In this document: positions 59,179-64,000 of the stretch, one piece after another
Numbering within the stretch: the stretch's first letter is position 1
How the letters are laid out: each line of letters starts with the position of its first letter
Virus record (IMG/VR): IMGVR_UViG_3300037042_002125
Location: 1-64,000 of that record
Direction: 5' to 3' (one strand)
DNA: 64,000 bases
The notes under the pieces: generated by a model
What the model was told of the DNA's origin: nothing
Database searches by the model: none
What the model saw: only the letters and a program-made list of their open reading frames with translations
Program-made: the position numbers and the translations under genes

Positions 59179-60590
59179 TTAGATGCCCCTATCTCACGTT
59201 GCTTAAGGTCCTGATCGCCTCTGTTTGACTGAACGTAGTCTTCACGCATGTCCACAGGAAAATCAAGTTGCTCCTTAGCAGTAATTGATTTGTGTAGACT
59301 GTGGCACCACTCACGCAGAGTAGGATGCACAGACGTCTTGGTACGAAGGGCCAGAACGTACTTCAACTGTGACTTGGACCAGAACATACCTGTAGGCACC
59401 TGAGTCATCATTGGGTGTGCATACTGCAACTCAAACACAGACCCAGATTGAAAGTTGGTAAGGACTACCAACTGATCGTATATGTCAAGCGCCTTACGGA
59501 ACAGATCAAAATCAACTGCCTTAAGTATCTTGTGGTAGAAATGATTGATAGCCCCAGCCCTTGCGTTGACTAGTGGCATCTGATTCTTACCATTGCGATG
59601 CCTCTGCAAATCCCTGTATGACCCAAAGTCAATGCAGCCTTGAATCCCATACCAAGTGTTATCATCATCGTTTGCCAAATACTGACCTGACCCACCTAGA
59701 TTAACTACATCACGAACGTTTGCATAGCTTGTTGAGCCGTATACCTTGCGGGTCATGTAGAACTCACGAGCAGGTGTATCACTAATCTTGCGTATAGGCT
59801 TGAATGTGTTTGGGTACCTAGCAAATAACAAATCGTTGATATAGATAGCGAGCTTACGCACCTCCAGCAACGGATGTGTAGATAACTGGGTCAGGTGGTC
59901 TCGGTATTGCCTAAGAGACATATACATGGACAAGGACGTCGTTGCGCCACACGGTAGCAACCCCCTAGCGATGTCAAAGGAGATTGCTTTGCACGTCTTA
60001 TTCCACAAAGCTTCCCTTTTCTTGTCGTACGCAAGTAAAGCAGACATCTGATCTCCGCCAAATGACGCAGAGGCCCCGCTAGGGGTATTATCGTCAGGCA
60101 TGATGCGGTCACGCTTGTCCTTGTATGCCGCCTTCACCCACGCTTCGATCTTAGGCAAGTAGGCAACGTATAGCTCGCGCCACTTTTCCACAGCGTCCTT
60201 GCTGAACTCTGACTCGGCGTAGAATGGAACCTTAGAGAAGTCTTGGTATCGTGTGCTACGTTCCTGCCCGTTGTATAAAGGATTGTCTTGCATAGCCTTA
60301 GCAGCCAGCATAGACACACCCTCAATAAACACAGGTACGTTGGCGCAGTCGGCAATTGAGGCATGTCCGTAGTCAAGGTAGTAAGTCTTGATAGCTGCCT
60401 TAATTCGCTTCTGCTTTGTGTCGGCATCGCCATCTGCCAAATCAGCTAGGCGTGCTTCGATAGGCATGTCACTGCGGCTGTACATGCTCTGCAACATAGC
60501 CAGAATCTCAGGATCATTCAGTTCGTTATGATCTGGAATGAACACATGGGGCTCTGGGTTTATAGCTAACTCAAGTTCTTTTGTTTTCAT
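59175..60590 (-). CDS. thyX: FAD-dependent thymidylate synthase (tandem-domain ThyX)
   Basis: GHASI, QERSTRY, DIARGLLP, RDLQRHR. Confidence 0.88.
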   Translation of the reverse strand: MKTKELELAINPEPHVFIPDHNELNDPEILAMLQSMYSRSDMPIEARLADLADGDADTKQKRIKAAIKTYYLDYGHASIADCANVPVFIEGVSMLAAKAMQDNPLYNGQERSTRYQDFSKVPFYAESEFSKDAVEKWRELYVAYLPKIEAWVKAAYKDKRDRIMPDDNTPSGASASFGGDQMSALLAYDKKREALWNKTCKAISFDIARGLLPCGATTSLSMYMSLRQYRDHLTQLSTHPLLEVRKLAIYINDLLFARYPNTFKPIRKISDTPAREFYMTRKVYGSTSYANVRDVVNLGGSGQYLANDDDNTWYGIQGCIDFGSYRDLQRHRNGKNQMPLVNARAGAINHFYHKILKAVDFDLFRKALDIYDQLVVLTNFQSGSVFELQYAHPMMTQVPTGMFWSKSQLKYVLALRTKTSVHPTLREWCHSLHKSITAKEQLDFPVDMREDYVQSNRGDQDLKQREIGASK

Positions 60591-60786
60591 CAGAAGTCTT
60601 TTTAGAAAAGTCAATCGTGCATTTCATGGTAGGCACATTGGCGCTTATGAACGCCAGGTAGCATACGGGGCAGACCGGGTCACCACCTATAACAGGGTGA
60701 TCGCTGTGTTTGTATGCGTGTGGGCTATATTGTTCTGTGTGCCCACACTTAGGACACGAATAGGGTTGAGGCAGTATGTAAGTCAT
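60571..60786 (-). CDS. small zinc-ribbon protein
   Basis: CPKC and CPVC. Confidence 0.7.
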   Translation of the reverse strand: MTYILPQPYSCPKCGHTEQYSPHAYKHSDHPVIGGDPVCPVCYLAFISANVPTMKCTIDFSKKTSDENKRT

Positions 60787-61148
60787 AAGGCAGGATCATC
60801 TTCCCACTTCTCTTCCGCTTTAGACTCTGGGTTTTCATCATCATCCAAATCTTCTTGCGGATCCAACTCATCATCTTCGTCTAGGTCACCATCATCGTCC
60901 TCTTGGTCATCAACTTCGTCAACAAGATCGTCCAGCAAGGACCTAAGCATCTCAAGGGCATTTTCTTTCTGCTCTTTGGTTATAGGGCTCTCGCGCATAT
61001 AGTGTACAAGAGAAGCCGCAATGCTTTCGATCTTAAGGCGCTCTAACGTGTCATCAATATCAGAGAAATCTGCATCGAACGTTTCTAGAACAGAAAGGCT
61101 ATCCATGTCGATTGCGGAAAATTCAAGCATATCGTCTGTGGTTGACAT
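60783..61148 (-). CDS. very acidic protein
   Basis: D/E-rich C-terminal half. Confidence 0.75.
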   Translation of the reverse strand: MSTTDDMLEFSAIDMDSLSVLETFDADFSDIDDTLERLKIESIAASLVHYMRESPITKEQKENALEMLRSLLDDLVDEVDDQEDDDGDLDEDDELDPQEDLDDDENPESKAEEKWEDDPAL

Positions 61149-61202
61149 AATAATTTCTTTCGAGGTTGATTGGTTGTTGTCTATACAATCCTAATTTACA
61201 AC

Positions 61203-61733
61203 CTACAGAAATATAACCTCATCTCGTATTGAGTCAGAATCGTCTGCAAGAAACCTTTTGGCTTTGCAGTAGATATCGAATGTAACCCCATCCTCTGGAT
61301 TGCATTGTAAGAAGGCCCCTGTTTTAAGATCCCGGTCGTCAAGCACCACGTACTTTTCTACTTTGTGTTCTACGATGAAGCTTCGTATCTCACCTTCTCG
61401 CGTCCTGCCCTGTACTGTAACTTCGGATGATAGATACTCGGTTGGGTCTTCTAACCAAATAGGTGTCACCGCACACAGGCCTGAGTAGGTTTCTGGAGCA
61501 TTTCTAAGTGTGCTAGTCAAAACTATCTGCGCATCGTAATCAACAGCAAGCTTGTACACCATCGCCATACCTTCACGGTCGATGAACCGATGCCATCCAG
61601 TATACCCGCCACGATAGAACTCGCCTTTAGTAGGACAGTGTTGTCGCACAATACTGCGATGAGTTACAACCACGCCCTCTATGTCAAGGAAGATCACCTT
61701 GCGATATTTATTAGGCTCAAGGACGTTAGTCAT
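61203..61733 (-). CDS. HAD-like domain protein (Swiss-Army-knife type)
   Basis: FLDIEGV, IVLTST, R..EI, YVVLDD. Confidence 0.75.
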   Translation of the reverse strand: MTNVLEPNKYRKVIFLDIEGVVVTHRSIVRQHCPTKGEFYRGGYTGWHRFIDREGMAMVYKLAVDYDAQIVLTSTLRNAPETYSGLCAVTPIWLEDPTEYLSSEVTVQGRTREGEIRSFIVEHKVEKYVVLDDRDLKTGAFLQCNPEDGVTFDIYCKAKRFLADDSDSIRDEVIFL

Positions 61734-62073
61734 GTTTAGCATCCGATGGTTCAACTTGAAGACTGACCCTAATGTTTCCAGCTTCCTCGTCTACGCTAGG
61801 AGGAACATCGCCAAAGGCACACCCAGCATAGTCACGCCAACTCATAGTGCCTTCATCGAAGTCAGTTAGGCGCTCTTCGATGTAGTCCCTGTATGGCTCG
61901 TACAAAGCCAACAAAGGTTGGAACTGCTCTAATGTAATGCAGATTCTACGAGACGGTATGCCCAATGATTCGGCTATCTCAATACTCTTGTTGGCGCCAG
62001 TATCACCCTCAACTATTAGGTCCCACTGCCAGGCCAAGTAGTCATCAAGTTTGTATCCAGGTAGGCTGCTCAT
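61726..62073 (-). CDS. hypothetical protein
   Basis: TAATG coupling. Confidence 0.7.
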   Translation of the reverse strand: MSSLPGYKLDDYLAWQWDLIVEGDTGANKSIEIAESLGIPSRRICITLEQFQPLLALYEPYRDYIEERLTDFDEGTMSWRDYAGCAFGDVPPSVDEEAGNIRVSLQVEPSDAKHD

Positions 62074-62468
62074 TATGTCAAGGTACTCACGTGGATTACA
62101 TTAAATATCGTTTGCTGGTAGTCTATCCGTACCTTATCTAAGTACTCTTGCTCAGAAGGTACAGTGACAACAAACTGTGGAGTCAGCTTGTATTCGTGGG
62201 GTGGGTTGAACCATTCGAGCGGGCCACCTTTGCGGAAGCCTTTCCCCCAGCGGTAAGCAGGAATAGGTTCAAGGACAGCCCGACCTGCATTGCGAGCAAC
62301 TGAGTCGGTGTAATTAACAATTGCATGGGAGCCTGTGTCAGTGTATAGCTCAACTCGCTCACGGTCGATAAGAGCCTGGAGCTCTTCAACTGAGTCAGCA
62401 CGGCACACACGAGTCAATTCCTCTACATGAGAGGACCTCATGTCATTTAAGAATAGGAAGAAAGGCAT
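62073..62468 (-). CDS. hypothetical protein
   Basis: GGAG RBS. Confidence 0.7.
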   Translation of the reverse strand: MPFFLFLNDMRSSHVEELTRVCRADSVEELQALIDRERVELYTDTGSHAIVNYTDSVARNAGRAVLEPIPAYRWGKGFRKGGPLEWFNPPHEYKLTPQFVVTVPSEQEYLDKVRIDYQQTIFNVIHVSTLT

Positions 62469-62511
62469 TTTGCTTCTCCAAAATTATTTTTGTTGATGTT
62501 GGTAAAAATTT

Positions 62512-62766
62512 TTACCAACTGATAATGAATTTGAGAATAGGGTCAACTCCAATCTGTGTTATGTCGTAGCCTTGGGCAACAAACAACTCAGTCAGATTAA
62601 AGTGTTGGAAGGAACTAACCTCCAAAATATCTAGAGACGTCTGATCAAGTTTGACGTACTCTTTAACCTTTGTCATGATGGTGTTGAACGCCAATATGCG
62701 GTTGACGTCATAGTCTTGTGTAACGTCCAAGGCAGCTTGCGCTGCGGGGTATTGAATGTAGCCCAT
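62512..62766 (-). CDS. hypothetical protein
   Basis: GAGG RBS. Confidence 0.7.
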   Translation of the reverse strand: MGYIQYPAAQAALDVTQDYDVNRILAFNTIMTKVKEYVKLDQTSLDILEVSSFQHFNLTELFVAQGYDITQIGVDPILKFIISW

Positions 62767-62775
62767 TGTGTGTCC

Positions 62776-62979
62776 TCAGTAAACCCCGCCGCCAGAAATG
62801 CACATAAGCCGCCTCTCGTTCAGGCCTAAGTCCATTGGAACTCTGCGGGGTGTAGCTGAAATTATTTTGGCCTTGACTTCTTCACAAGCCTTTTCTGAAT
62901 TGAACTTTGCAACAGTGGCAGTGGTGTACGGATACGGGCTAATGCTAATCAGCAACCACACAATAATCGTTTGTGTCAT
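62776..62979 (-). CDS. small secreted/membrane protein
   Basis: Hydrophobic N-terminus, F.SE.ACE..K...C. Confidence 0.65.
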   Translation of the reverse strand: MTQTIIVWLLISISPYPYTTATVAKFNSEKACEEVKAKIISATPRRVPMDLGLNERRLMCISGGGVY

Positions 62980-62988
62980 AAAAGTTCC

Positions 62989-64000
62989 TTAGTCAAGTAA
63001 GTGGATAAAGCCTTTGAGTTGCTCTGCCATGAACGCTGCGGGCTTGGCTTTGCGATGCTCCAAAGTCTTCTTCTTTGTCATGACCTCTTTCATCTGCTGT
63101 TCAAGGGCTTTGCGCTCAAGTGCCCTAAGTTGGCGTACCTTCAGGTCATAAATGAAGGCGGCCTCAGCTTGCGTGATCTTCAACTTTGCAGCAAGCCACT
63201 TTTCCAACTCGTCTTGGCTAAGTGTTTTGTCCAGCGACTCAATGATGATCTTGCGATTATCCACAGCAAGCATGAGTAGCTCTAGCTTTCGTATTTGCTT
63301 TACCGTCTCTCCAATCCAATACGAGCATGCCTTACGCTCCAAGTCTGTGCGCCACTCGACCCAGTTGGTTAAAGCCTCCGTTACAGATTGCGGTTTCATG
63401 CGGGCTTGGCCTTGCCCCTCTTTGTCCAAGTAACGCTCTGTGAAGTTCAGGATGTAGTTCTCCCGCGAACTAACTTCCTCGTCAATGCGAGTCAATAGCT
63501 TGGCGTAATCTTTTGTTGTGAGGTTGCGCCTAACGTTGACCTTGACCGTGCCGTACTTCTCGCCCTTGGTAGAATTGTCCAAAGCGGACGCTACACCGTT
63601 CATCGCGCCTAAGTTTCCTAGCAACTTCTCTACGTTGACTTTGCTATTGCCGAAGCGAGAGATAGTTATGGTCTTGGCCTTATCATCAAACACAGGGTTG
63701 CCGTACAGAGTAGCTCTGCCTGTCATACCCTTGAACATAGCAAGCCGCTCAAGCTTCTCTTCTTTAGGCGCTTCCTCGAGGCGCTCGACACCACCAAAGA
63801 GTGTGCATAGCTTCAATCCCTTATAGAGCAACTTAGCGGTGATCTCTTCACCATCATAGATTGCCTTGAGAGTCTTCAACACGCTCTTGAATGTGAAGCT
63901 TGGGATGTTGGTCTGCGCGCCAGGTGCAATACCAAAGCGTCCGTTTAGGAAAACAATGGGTAGCAAAGCTGGCAACACTACAGGCTCTTTGCCGCTGCTA
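62989..64000 (-). CDS. type IIA topoisomerase subunit A (GyrA/ParC-like), 5' part outside window
   Basis: KEPVVLPALLPIVFLNGRFGIAPG..TNIP, A..I.DLKVRQL..LE; frame open to window edge. Confidence 0.85.
   Translation of the reverse strand, partial: SSGKEPVVLPALLPIVFLNGRFGIAPGAQTNIPSFTFKSVLKTLKAIYDGEEITAKLLYKGLKLCTLFGGVERLEEAPKEEKLERLAMFKGMTGRATLYGNPVFDDKAKTITISRFGNSKVNVEKLLGNLGAMNGVASALDNSTKGEKYGTVKVNVRRNLTTKDYAKLLTRIDEEVSSRENYILNFTERYLDKEGQGQARMKPQSVTEALTNWVEWRTDLERKACSYWIGETVKQIRKLELLMLAVDNRKIIIESLDKTLSQDELEKWLAAKLKITQAEAAFIYDLKVRQLRALERKALEQQMKEVMTKKKTLEHRKAKPAAFMAEQLKGFIHLLD

Noticed and set aside
1-64000. tRNA, rRNA, integrase or IS elements
   Set aside because: No cloverleaf/T-loop or transposase/integrase motifs recognised by eye; tRNAscan and Infernal not run

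Overview
The window looks like jumbo-phage DNA made of two unlike halves joined head-on at a 9-bp microsatellite near 11237-11299. The left part (1-~11240) is AT-rich (about 35% GC by eye) and all plus-strand. It has sigma70 promoters, T4-late-like TAAATA boxes, and genes for a lipase-like hydrolase, MazG, dCMP deaminase, a DnaE fragment, GroES, a clamp loader, a HAD phosphatase, a sulfotransferase-like protein and an APS-kinase/nucleotidyltransferase fusion. The right part (~11240-64000) is more GC-rich (about 45-52% by eye) and almost all minus-strand. It has collagen-like, Gly-rich and S74-chaperone fibre genes, a 1527-aa SNF2 helicase, RuvC, HNH nucleases, a papain-like protease, a DarA_C protein, a radical SAM/SPASM plus methyltransferase pair, a sigma-like protein, an H1-like protein, an Hfq homolog, ThyX and a topoisomerase II A subunit. 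A gene is truncated on each side of the join, so a chimeric assembly is likely. The strongest novelty candidate is a 31.5-48.4 kb cluster in which about ten otherwise unrelated proteins or modules share a leader, I-K-x-L-A-R-L-(Q/K)-x-x-A-A, and a shared RBS context, possibly a modular capsid-targeting or processing signal. Other candidates are a phage Hfq that keeps only the distal RNA-binding face, a compact PAPS/sulfation module and a phage rSAM/SPASM-methyltransferase pair. All family calls come from motif recognition; no searches were run. No tRNA, rRNA or CRISPR array was seen.
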